DNA of 64,000 bases from assembly GCF_001194135.2 (NCBI RefSeq), contig NC_068981.1:89884518-89948517 (forward strand). Reading direction: 5' to 3'. Both the position numbers and the translations under genes were made by a program. Origin of the DNA: Octopus bimaculoides. Lineage: Eukaryota. Positions within the stretch are counted from its first letter, which is position 1; every line of letters begins with the position of its first letter. A model generated the notes under the pieces. The model was not told where the DNA came from, did not search any database, and was given only the letters and a program-made list of their open reading frames with translations. Below are positions 52,782 to 64,000 of this stretch, in pieces.

Positions 52782-53043
52782 GGCTCATGACCGCACGCTT
52801 AGGGTCTTGCACTCACAAACGCAAGTTCGTGGTTTCGATTGCCAGACCAGCAGTGCGTTGTGTTGTTAGTAAAGCACTTCATTTCACGTTGTTCAAATGC
52901 ACTCAACTGTAATTGGGTAACTCTGCGACGGAATGGCGTTCCGTTCAAGGGTAATGTTGGCCTACCCACCAAGCCAGCGGGGCAGCATCATTCAAAAGCA
53001 ACAACAATGTGAGAGAGCGCAGTCTGGTCGAAGCAGTGATACA
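52782..53043 (+). mobile_element. SINE family D, decayed
   Basis: gttcgtggtttcgattgccagaccag...aaagcacttcatttcacgttg...ctctgcgacggaatggcgttccgttcaaggg. Confidence 0.7.
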
Positions 53044-54444
53044 ATGGGGCATGCTTGGATGACGGGGTGAGCGGGGTGAGCGTGTTTGTGTGTATAAGCA
53101 TGTATGTATATAAGCATGCATGCTCATACATAGGCGTGTGCACATATGCACTTATAACATGCTAAATTTCTTAAATGTCTTACATATTTTCACAGTCCCT
53201 TTGATGGCATGTGGCTGTAATCTTCAGACTATGTTCTTTGTAGTTTTGTGAAACCCAGTATCTGAAGATTAATACTAAGGTAATTAGTTACCTAATCAAT
53301 GACACTAATAATTAACAGTAGAAATCTAAAACTATAGGCCAGATCGGATTGAATAATAACAGATTTCTAATCAGCTCGGTGAAAATGTATTCGTTTTTAC
53401 CAATATTAACAATAAATTATGATGAGCGACTGATTTCAACTACTGTGCATAATTTCTATTTCTCGACATATATATGCATGTATTTATGCATGTACATAGA
53501 TGCATGAACGGAAGCAAGTATTTGTTTTTGTTTTTACCAGAGCCACATGTCAAACGAAGTCTTTATAAGTGAAACTGAAAGGACGACAGGTATATGCAAG
53601 CGGTTGCCTTGTCACATTATGTCACACTGGTTTTCATTGATTACATGTGTCTGAAAATGACGTTAAAATTACGCGTGTTTGAAAATATAAGAGAACGCAT
53701 GACTGAAAATGATGTTAAGAGTACACTTACCTGTTAATATCAACGAATAAACTGCAACAGCAATCGTACAATCAGGAAACTGATTGTTGAAACAAGTGAT
53801 AATGTTTCACTATAATATAATAGAGCATTATAATAATGGAATAAAATATTTCTCTATTATAAAACTCTATTATTAAAAAACGCATTCAGCAATAGTATAA
53901 ATGCAAGTACATGTGTGGGTGAATATATTTTTCCGGTTCTATTTTCCAATTTTCTCACTCATAAAGAACCGGTTTCTAACTCAGGCACAAGGCGTTTCTT
54001 TCATTGGTAGTAAGACAGCCACAATCTTCTATATATCTATTTATTTGTTTTGCATCTTGACTCATGTTTGTGTATGCATACATCTGTCTATATGTTTTGA
54101 CTCCTATATGTGTATGCATACATTTGTTTTATATGTCTACAAATGTATGTATATGCACTTATTACAAGGTAAACTTCGGGAAAGTTTTTGCATATTTTCT
54201 CAGTTCCATTAATAGCATCTAATTGCAAACTCTTAGCTGTTTCGATTGAAGTTTTTTTCAGTGAGCTTAAAAGCCCTACAGGGAGTTAGTTTCTATGCAC
54301 TACCACACCTCCAACTCGCTGAAAATAGCAACCAAATCTCCTTCGAATCACAACCTACTAGACATCTTGTGGAAACAAAGAATACACCGAACTACACAGC
54401 TGTAATGACTCCAAGAGATCAGACTATGATTCTGTAGTCAGTGT

Positions 54445-54538
54445 TAATATACTTGCCCAATATGCCACGCAGTGGGACTGAATCCGGAACCATGTGGTTG
54501 GGAAGCAAGCCTCTTACCACACAGCCACACCTGCGCCT
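54445..54538 (-). mobile_element. SINE family A head
   Basis: cttgcccaatatgccacgcagtgggactgaatccggaaccatgtggttgggaagcaagcctcttaccacacagccacacctgcgcct. Confidence 0.9.
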
Positions 54539-54656
54539 ATATATGTATGTTATTTCTAACTATTTAAATATTTCATATATGGGAGGAGTTGGTTCTCATC
54601 AAAGAGACAAAGTTCCTTTACTAAACTCTGAATAACAAAAGCGATGTATTACATGT

Positions 54657-54826
54657 TGAACTTTTGAAAAATCTTGCATATTTTTACTGTTCCTCTAACG
54701 GACCGTGTTTGTAAAATGTGTATTGGATGATCACTTCCTTTGCTAATAATGCTAGGTTTTCGAGATTGCCACTTAGGTAAAGCCGAGTGCACAAATTATT
54801 ATAGGTATACATGTGAATTTGTAATC
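54657..54826 (-). mobile_element. Decayed 3' end of an RLE-type non-LTR retrotransposon (third copy)
   Basis: Minus strand YKFTCIPIIICALGF and ...gaggaacagtaaaaatatgcaagatttttc align with 58512-58688 (YEFIFIPIIIGALGF ... GTVKIYKTF). Confidence 0.7.
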
Positions 54827-55590
54827 TACATAGAAATGTTATAAGCTTAAAATCAGTTACTTGTAACAATTTTCTTTTTCATTGATTTAGAAAGAAATGC
54901 TCGCATGTTTGCTTCGATGCGTGTATACATGTATGCATGCATGTATGTATGAAAGTATGTTTGTATTAATACATATACGTATGTCTATACCTGCGTGTAT
55001 GTATGCATTACGTAGAGTTTCTATGTATATATGTTTGTATGTATATGTGTGTTAGTATGTGTGTTTGTGTGTGCGTGTGTGTGTGCGTATGTGCGTGTGT
55101 GTACACGTATGGTTTTTATGTATTTATGTATGTTTGAATGAATATATGCATGTATGCATGTATTATATATATATGTATGTATGTATATGTGTGTGTGTGT
55201 GTGTGTATGTACTTCAAGTTTCATTCTCCAAATTTCTCACTGATAAAGAAAGAGCCAAGAAACAACACATGAACAAAGGGCTTTCATTGGAATTAAGATA
55301 AGAATCTAGGTCAGTGTTTAGGATCGCCTTGCACGCACGCGAAAATTTACCCGTATTCACATATGAAACTGTCCATTGAAGGAGTCATTCAAAACCCACA
55401 GGAAAATCGTTTTCGTGCTACATCTAAAACGGGTAACGTGATATAAGATGAATTTGTATTATTAAAAATGCATTATTTTTCTCCGAAGTGATGAGCTCTC
55501 ATAGTTTTTAGAACACTTGTATGTTGTGCTTCGAGCTAAAAGAATTCCAAATCCTGAACCAGGTGGTAAGTATGTATGTATATATGTATG

Positions 55591-55624
<34 letters not shown>

Positions 55625-55924
55625 TGTATGTATGTATGAATGTAGTTTTTGTTTAGCCGTCCCTCTAGGAGAAAGTAAGTCTGAAATAGCACACACCTCA
55701 TTGCGAAGCTTGTGATCTTGCTCTTGCTTGTTTCTGGACTACTTGGCTTCGAAGATAAGAGTGTTAGCGGTGTTGTGCACTGTGTTATTGATTTAAAATG
55801 TCAGCACGGGCGTTGCTGGCGGCCATTGTCTTTAACATCTGGGATAAGATAATTTGTCAGTGATGGTCGTACTAGTCTGCTAGTTGACAGCCGCCATTTA
55901 TATATATTTGAATGAATGAATGTA

Positions 55925-56780
55925 CGAGAGGGTACCCAAAAGAAACCGGAATTTTGCAACATTATTTTATTCACTTAGTTTTACATGTTTACACTTTAAT
56001 CGCCTTCAAAGTAATCTCTGTTTGATGCAATGCATAGATCCGGGCGCGTTTTCCAAAATTCGAAGCGGTGCTGGAACTCTTGCAAAGTGAGGCCTTTTAA
56101 CGCCTCTGTCGGTTTTCTTTTTCTCTTTTTTTTCACCTCTTCCACATTTGCATATTCCGTAGTACCAGCTATCGTCACCCGTGATGACCTTCGAAAAAAG
56201 GACCGGATCAACTTCCAACTGTTCTTTCAGTTCACGACACGCATTCAATCGTGAATTTTGATCATCCGTGAGCAAGCGAGGTACAAATTTTGCTGCAACA
56301 TTTTTCATTCGCTATTCCTCGCGCAAAATTCGTTTGCAGGAGCTCCAGGACACACCCATCATATCAACAAGATTGTCAATTATTCGGTGATGTTCTCATT
56401 CGTTCGGGGAAGTCGGCGGTCGTCCTGAACGACGTGGGTCTTCAAGCGACAAGTAACCATAAACTTGTTTTGTTCATGGCAGCGTCCTTGTAAGCTGTTT
56501 GAAGCATGACAGCTGTTTCAGCTGCCGTTTTCTCCAGCAGAAAACAGAATTTCGCGGAAGCATGCTGTTCCTTCGTTTCAGCCATCGCAAAAATCGACGA
56601 AGAGGAGAGAAGCACTACATGATAAAGACGCATCACGTGGCTGTACGATATCACCCGACAACGCCGGTCGATAGACTTATGTCAGAATGTCACATCATGT
56701 GACTTCAAGCGACGGAAGCCTTAACTACAACGAGTTTTCCCCATAGAGAACGTTTTTGGTTACTTTTGAGTACCCCATCG
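55925..56780 (-). mobile_element. Mariner-family transposon, internally deleted, both TIRs and TA TSDs present
   Basis: TA|cgagagggtacccaaaag ... cttttgagtaccccatcg|TA. MAETKEQHASAKFCFLLEKTAAET HTH (ATG at 56585), AAKFVPRLL, VITGDDSW, then directly EFQHRFEFWK..CIASNRDYFEGD. Confidence 0.93.
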
Positions 56781-57689
56781 TATGTATGATGGTAGATATG
56801 TAACCGCACTTGTGCAGGTACATATCTACTATCTACATATCTACCATGTAACTGCACTTGTTTGCCAAGATGCGTACCATTGTGTTCGTAAAATCGTAAG
56901 TTTTAACTTGTGTGTGTGCAACATAAACGTATATTCATATGTCAATAAGTGTATTTGTCCACATGACACAAGTTAAATGTCTGGAACGTTTTATAAACTT
57001 TTAAATTTCATTAACGGTTTTTAATTACAATTTTCTAATTATCCGTGACCTTTCTGTATGTGTGTATGCATGTATGTGTGCATGCATGTATGTATGTATG
57101 CATGTATGTGTGCATGCATGTATGTGTGTACATATGTACACATATATGTTTGTACAGAAGATGATTATGTACAGATACTTGTATGACTACGTTTGTATGT
57201 ATTTATGAATGCGTGAGTCTTTAGTTGATTTCAAAGAGAACCACTAGAAACCCCTACCCCTACCACTGCCACGTCCGAAGATAAGTTATGAAAACATACA
57301 TATTCACAAATAATATTTGTAACGTATAATACAGAGCCTATCTTCATTTTCGAAACATTTTTAGAGAATTATACTACGGATTTGCCATATGGATTTGAGT
57401 GTTGGCGAAAGAAAATTTCACACAATTGCATATCATCTGATAGAAGATTTCGTAGCATCAATTTTGATTTTGTTTTCCAATATATTAAGAATGTAGAAAC
57501 AAATTTAACTTACAGTTAAATGTCATAGCTTCAACAGCAGTTTATTCCCACCTATCGCGTGATGAATTATAATATTAACATTAAAAAAAATACACATGAA
57601 ATAACACCAAACTTTAAATATGACATATTACTATGCGTGTATATTGTTATGTATTTATATTTGTGATATTACATATGTATTATACAAGG

Positions 57690-57905
57690 CAGTGAGCAGA
57701 CAGAATTGTTAACACATTGGACAATATGCTTAGCAGGATATCTTTCGGCTTTTTATGTTCTGAGTTTGAGCACCACCGAGGCCAAATTTACCTTTCATTC
57801 TTTCGGAGTCGATAAAATAAAGGAGCAGTCTAGTACATAGGTCGATGTAGTTGAGTAACGCTACCCTCCAATCTTAAAAATTGCTGACTTCTTGTCAAGA
57901 TTAGA
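57690..57905 (+). mobile_element. SINE family B, decayed
   Basis: gttctgagtttgagcaccaccgaggcc...cctttcattctttcggagtcgataaaataa...ggtcgatgtagttgag. Confidence 0.75.
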
Positions 57906-58316
57906 AACAGTTATATATGTATTATATATGTGCATATTTATGTGTGCTTGTGTGTGTTTGTTTGTGTTTGTGTGAGTGTATATATGTGTGTACATAGATA
58001 ACGAGTGATTGATCTTAGGTAAACAAAAATAAAGTACATGGGGTCGTATTGTATGTATGTATGTGTGTGTGTGTATTGCAACCTTCAATAAACAACCCTT
58101 ACACTCAAACACATGCACTAACCCACACACACATGTATCAGTTCAAATGTATCTGGGACATATTTGCCCTGTATAGAGGCCATTTTCACTGCGTTTTTTA
58201 CAGGCCAAATATGTCCCAAACATATTTGAACTTATCTAAATGTTTTCACAAGAGTACTGTATATACACACACACACACACACATACACACACACGCGTAC
58301 GTACATACATACATAC

Positions 58317-58690
58317 ATGGTGGAATATTCCCATCAGCATCTGTCAAATGTACACATAACATGTCGGATATTGTTGTTTGTGACAGAAGGACAAAGGTAT
58401 GTTCCATCATAGAGGTTGGCTGCCCTGTAGATATAAATATCTCTTTGAAAATCAAAGAAAAAGAGGATATCTATGGACAACTGCTTCGAAACATCCAGCT
58501 TCTATATCCAGACTATGAATTCATATTCATACCAATAATAATTGGGGCACTAGGTTTTGTTAGTAAATGCTTAAAGGAGAATCTGGATAAACTGGAATTT
58601 TTAGAAAGAGAAAACGATTGGCTAATTCATACATTACAAGTGCAATCTGTGAGTGGAACAGTAAAGATATACAAGACTTTCTGAAGTTTC
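58317..58690 (+). mobile_element. 3' end of an R4/Dong-like non-LTR retrotransposon: restriction-like endonuclease domain
   Basis: HNMSDIVVCDRRTKVCSIIEVGCPVDINISLKIKEKEDIYGQL...FIPIIIGALG, a PD-(D/E)xK RLE pattern. Confidence 0.8.
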
Positions 58691-58776
58691 AAGCCTTGTA
58701 TCTTTGTTGGATACCGGCTCCCTCCTCAGTGGAAAATTTATAATTAAAAAAATAGAAAAGACTCACATACATAAAA

Positions 58777-59141
58777 TTAAGACAGCCATCAAGTTAAAGC
58801 ACAACCGGCCAGTTACGGTTGTATGGGACAACAAGAAAAATAGGTATTCAGTTTTGGAAATCAGCTGCCCCTTGGACACGAATATGGTTAGAAAAATAAG
58901 AGGAAGAGACATCCATGAGCCATTGATAGGAAGTTTGAAAATTCAGTACCCAACATACACTTTCAGCTTCATACTCATTGTTATTGGAGCAACAGGATAC
59001 ATTCCAACACATCTGGAGCAAAGCATGGCTGAATTTGGGATCTTAAGGAGAGAATGCAAATCCTTAATTCATACGCCACAAATGACCGCGATATCTGGAA
59101 CTACAACAATTTGCAAATCATTCTTAAGATTTTATGGATGA
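58777..59141 (+). mobile_element. Second, divergent RLE-domain 3' end in tandem
   Basis: KHNRPVTVVWDNKKNRYSVLEISCPLDTN...LIVIGATG...SGTTTICKSFLRF. Confidence 0.78.
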
Positions 59142-59844
59142 TGGTTAAAACAAGATACTTTCCTTCAGAACCTTGCGACCAAGTAGGCGGCTGGTTAAAA
59201 ATATTCTAAATTAAATAGCGAAAGAGAACATAACGTTGAGTAACTGTATGTGTTGCAAGCGTACATAAGCTCGCGTAAGTAGTAAAATTGATGCTATGTT
59301 CAACAGCGTGATTAAGTGATTTTCAAGTATCTGAATACAGGTTAAACGACAGATGAATTGTGTTGCCAAGTGTTGATGAAGAAGAATAGGATTCATTTAC
59401 GATTTTCAGATAATGTTTCATTATCACACACGTTATATATTTCTATACAAAGAAGTTAATGAGTTGATATCTTAATGTTTTACCAGAATCAGATTACATC
59501 TTATAATATATTCTCCGAAATCAACAATGAAAGATTTTTATTATATAAGCGTACAGTATGAAGTTAAAATCAGTTTGTATGATGCTTTTGCTATTTATAA
59601 TGAATTGGGAAGGTAATGTAACTGAAGTCGTTATATCTTCAAACGTATATCGAAATCTTGTTGCTGAATTCTCTTGCTTATAGATAGTTTACCGTTTTCT
59701 TTAAAGCACTGACCACATGTGCCTGTTTGTACGTGTATGCTTGCTTAGAATTGTGTATGTGTATGTTTGCCTACGATTGTGCACGCATTTACATGTATGT
59801 ATGCGACTATGTGCATGTTTGCTGTATATATGCATTTATTGGTT

Positions 59845-60046
59845 TCAAATTTTGGCACAAAACTAACAAGTTTTATGGAGGGACTAACATTGACCCCAGT
59901 GCTCGACAGGTACTTTGTTATCAACACCGAAAGGATGAAAGGCAAAGTCGACCCCGGCGGAATTCGAACTCAGATTGTAAAGACAGTTGAAATACCACTA
60001 AGCATTTCGCATGGCGTGTTAACGGTTCTGCCAGCTCGCCGCCTTA
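59845..60046 (-). mobile_element. SINE family B, full-length
   Basis: Minus strand ggcggcgagctggcagaaccgttaacacgcc...gagttcgaattccgccggggtcgactttgcctttcatcctttcgg. Confidence 0.9.
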
Positions 60047-60200
60047 GCATATATGCTTATATTAAATAATATTCGTTTTCCGAATGATCCGGCTCCATAT
60101 ATTGTTGATTTACATCGTTTTCCCCGATATAACGATCAAGTATGGTTATGGGAATAGAAGTTGATTACATGATATGCATGCTTATTCTAAGATTTTACCC

Positions 60201-62073
60201 CATAGTCAAAACCATCATCGCGTAGATATAATAGACATTTATACAAATAAAAACACATACGCAAAACATAAAACGTATACATATTCACATTCGCTGCAAC
60301 CATGAATATACATATGAATTATATATGTATACATATGAATTATATATATATATACAAATACATCCTTCTGTCTATCAACACACCTACACCTGCAGATATG
60401 CAAGCGTATGTACATACATATATGTATGGAGGAAGGAGACATGTGCAAGACAGTCACTCTTAAGCAAACGGATACAGTGTTACACTCGTATATATACATA
60501 CATTCGTACACATATACACATGCACACACATACACATCTGATATATGCTTATACATACAAACACATATAAAAATATATAAGATATGTTAAACCGCATGAA
60601 AGGCCTGTACATGGACAAAATATAAAAAGCAGGTTCTATCTGTGACCTTAGACATGTAGCGGGGTCTAAAGAACATTTTCCAGATGAGATATCTTTCCAT
60701 ATGAGATACCTTTCCATATCGCAAAGACCGCACTTTCCACTGCCGTTGATGTAAGGTTTACACTTGGCCAAGATCTTCCAGTGAATCTTATAGCTGACAC
60801 CTTGTCCTTTTAAGGACCATATATAACTGGATAATTTGGTCGTTTTTCTTTTATCCCAGTGTCTGAAGCCTAAGGTGTGATTATTGAACCTGGCTTTAAA
60901 GTTTCCTCCTTTGAGACCCACATATTTCTTTGACGAAACTGTGTCCTTAGCGGTCGTAGAATCTACGGTGGCTTCATAAATAATGGTCTCGGTCATGCAA
61001 GCTCCATTTAGCGGGCACAAGTAATTATCTCTGCAGGAACAGCCAGCTTCATGCTGTTGTTTTTGTGTATTGTGTGTAATTATATTTTTAAAATTTGTGG
61101 TTGAACTAAAACTAATTTTTATGTTATGCCTATTTAAAAGTTTCCTGTACTTATGATTAATTGGAAAATGCCTAACTATAAGTGATAAGAAATATCTACC
61201 TATATTAAAGGTCACTTCGCGGGAGTAAGGGGGGTGAACCAGATAATTTTCCTATTCCTATGTTTTCTTTTCTTTATTTCTGAACTAATAACAGGTGTAT
61301 AAGTTATTTCTTCTCTACAACCACTATCTTTAAGAACTTTATTATATACGAGGGCAGCATTATTAAATATGTTTATATCGGAGGAGAAGCTGGAAATTCT
61401 CCTACTAATATTTTTAACTAAATTCTTAAACATTATGGGTGGGGGGCAGGAACCTAAATTAATATAACTAAGTCTATCGGTCTTTGTGATATGGAAAGAT
61501 GGCTCATCTGGAACACTTCTTTAGACCCCGCTACATGTCTAAATTCAAAAACTGAGCTTTTTGGATCATGTCTACATATGAGAAAATACTTGTTACGTTT
61601 TTGGGCCCCCAAGATCACAGAGAGAACCTGTTTTTTTATATTGTGTCCATGTACAGGCCTTTCATGTAGTTTAACATATCTTATATATTTTTTATATATT
61701 TTTATATGTATTTGTATGTATAAGCATATATCAGATGTGTATGTGTGTGCATGTGTATATGTGTACGAATGTATGTATATATATACGAGTGTAAGACTGT
61801 ATCCGTTTGCTTAAGAGTGATTGTCATGCACATGTCTCCTTCCTTTATACATATATGTATGTATATACGCTTGCATATCTGCAGGTGTAAGTGTGTTGAT
61901 AGACAGGAGGGTGTATTTGTATATATATATATATATATGCACCCCTATATATATAATTCATATGTATATTCATGGCTGCAGCGAATGTGAATATGTATAC
62001 GTTTTATGTTTTGCGTATGTGTTTTCATTTGTATAAATTTCTATATATCTACGCGAGGATGATGTTGACTATG
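60201..62073 (-). mobile_element. 5'-truncated Penelope-like element (RT thumb + GIY-YIG) with inverted terminal repeat
   Basis: Minus strand YINLGSC.PPIMFKNL..NISRRISS, RNRKIIWF, NIG..FL.LI..HFP, CSC..CPLNGAC, IIYEA, KYVGL, FKARFNNH (about 60600-61475). Arms 60201-60730 and 61478-62073 are reverse complements. Confidence 0.9.
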
Positions 62074-62529
62074 TATTTATACGTGTGTGTGTGCGTATAT
62101 TTATACATATATATGCATATGCGTGGTTTTGTCCATCCGCGTGTGTGTATGTGTATATGTATATTTATACATGCAGCGTGTGTGAATATATGCCTGCTAC
62201 GAACGTTAATACATGTATATTGTTTACGGTTTTATATGAGTATTTTTATTTATATAAGTTCTAAGATAAATGTAAACTTTTTCTATGTGAAGATGAAATT
62301 ATATATACATATATACGTACGTGTGTATGTATTTTCTTATTTATGTGTATATATTTTTTTGTGCATGTACATGCATATGCATGTATATGTATATGCGTAT
62401 GCGTGTGCGTATAGAGATGTGTATATGAGCATAATAATGCGTGTATGGGTACATATACGTGTGTATGTGCGTGTATGCGCGTATGCATGTGTATGTGTGT
62501 GCATGTATATATATGCATATATGTATGTG

Positions 62530-62619
<90 letters not shown>

Positions 62620-62636
62620 CATAAACATATATACAT

Positions 62637-62693
<57 letters not shown>

Positions 62694-62727
62694 CCTATAT
62701 ATTTTCAAATGTCTGTATGTATGTACG

Positions 62728-62766
<39 letters not shown>

Positions 62767-63405
62767 TGTATGTATGCATATATAATGAAAGATTACCGTT
62801 TAACAAAACGTCTTACTTGCAGCTTGCATTTCTCTACTAACAATCCATCATAATAACAATATCACTAATAGCATGACATTTACAGAAATGTTAGCCCAGA
62901 TGTCACCAATATACAGTAGTGATAATTACACAACTAATTCCTTTTCACATACTAATTCCTTTTCACTAATTCCTAATTCCTTTTCACACACTTCTGTAAG
63001 TGCTTTGGTCTGAGTATTCATATACCAGAAGAAACTGTCCGAAAGCTCTTACCACAACACAACCAAAGTACCGCGAAAAATCTGCTGCTTAGATAAAAGA
63101 TTAACTGTGTTCATCCTGATTTTGTCAAATTCTTTGGTAAGATTGTTGATAAAGAATCTTATGTTACAACCTGAAAAATGCTGATGGTATGTCAGAGAAG
63201 CTAGGCATCTGGTTTTTCTGCTTTCATGAAATACAGAAATCAAATAGAAGTAGCTAATGGAATCCTTTCCGTAATAACTGCAACTAGTGGGACTTGTGGA
63301 AATTCCACAGAACGAAAAAGATTAAGAGAAGCTATCTAAGGAAGAAAGGATGATTTCTATTTTTATTTTGCTAAGTTATTTCACTTCCAGTCACAATAGT
63401 CTAAC

Positions 63406-63609
63406 TCTTTTACTTGTTTCAGTCATTTGACAGCAGCCATGCTGGAGCACCGCCTTTAGTCGAACTAATCGACCCCAGGACTTATTCTTTGTAAGCCTAG
63501 TACTTATTTTACCAGTGACTTTTGCCAAACCGCTAAGTTACAGGGACGTAAACACACCAGCATCGGTTGTCAAGCGATGTTGGGGGGACAAATACAGACA
63601 CACAAACAT

Positions 63610-63658
<49 letters not shown>

Positions 63659-63830
63659 CATATATACGACGGGCTTCTTTCAGTTTCCGTCTACCAAATC
63701 CACTCACAAGGCTTTGGTCGGCCCGAGACTATAGTAGAAGACACTTACCCAAGATGCCACGCAGTGGGATTGATCCCAGAACCATGTGGTTGGTAAGCAA
63801 GTTACTTACCACATAGCCACTCCTGCGCCT
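63406..63830 (-). mobile_element. SINE family A, full-length reference-like copy
   Basis: Minus strand aggcgcaggagtggctatgtggtaagtaacttgcttaccaaccacatgg...gcatcttgggtaagtgtcttctactatag, internal (TA)/(TG) tract, tail gactgaaacaagtaaaaga. Confidence 0.94.
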
Positions 63831-64000
63831 ATGTCTATCATATAGTATTAAAATTACTCTCTGCTAAGCACTTTATATTTCTCTCTTTCCCTCTATCTCT
63901 TCAACAAACTTTTTAACCATGTAATTCCCCTCTTCATGTCTTTAACTTCTCTCTTTCTCTCCCCATCCTACAGCACGTCATTAACTGTTCTCGCTCCCAC

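Noticed and set aside
54684-54869. Track ORF MLQVTDF... as a host exon
   Set aside because: Another frame of the same DNA aligns with the RLE retrotransposon ends at 58.3-59.1 kb.

Overview
Eukaryotic, AT-rich, gapped draft-assembly sequence dominated by repeats. It has about 15 long N-gaps, most flanked by (TA)n or (TG)n. The dense microsatellites and the tRNA-derived SINE families look like an Octopus (cephalopod) genome; this is recognition from memory, not a search. I cannot support any host protein-coding gene, and nearly all long ORFs in the track are microsatellite or N-gap artefacts. The recognisable content is: at least 5 SINE or short retroposon families (over 30 copies, two full-length with clear TSDs); a decayed RTE LINE (16.4-18.6 kb); a Tc1-like element with a non-canonical D-to-E spacing (11.6-12.7 kb); an internally deleted mariner with both TIRs (55.9-56.8 kb); a non-autonomous Helitron-like element (20.1-21.2 kb); piggyBac-like MITEs; a Cys-rich DNA-transposase fragment (36.1 kb); three restriction-like endonuclease (R4/Dong-type) LINE 3' ends; and Penelope-like (PLE) GIY-YIG fragments, one with an inverted terminal repeat. 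The most interesting hidden layer is a set of sequence-unrelated, minimal type I hammerhead-ribozyme-like folds with palindromic stem III (13.5, 46.5-46.8, 51.9 and 53.2 kb), probably PLE termini, plus a cluster of long fold-back hairpins at 45.7-46.6 kb.
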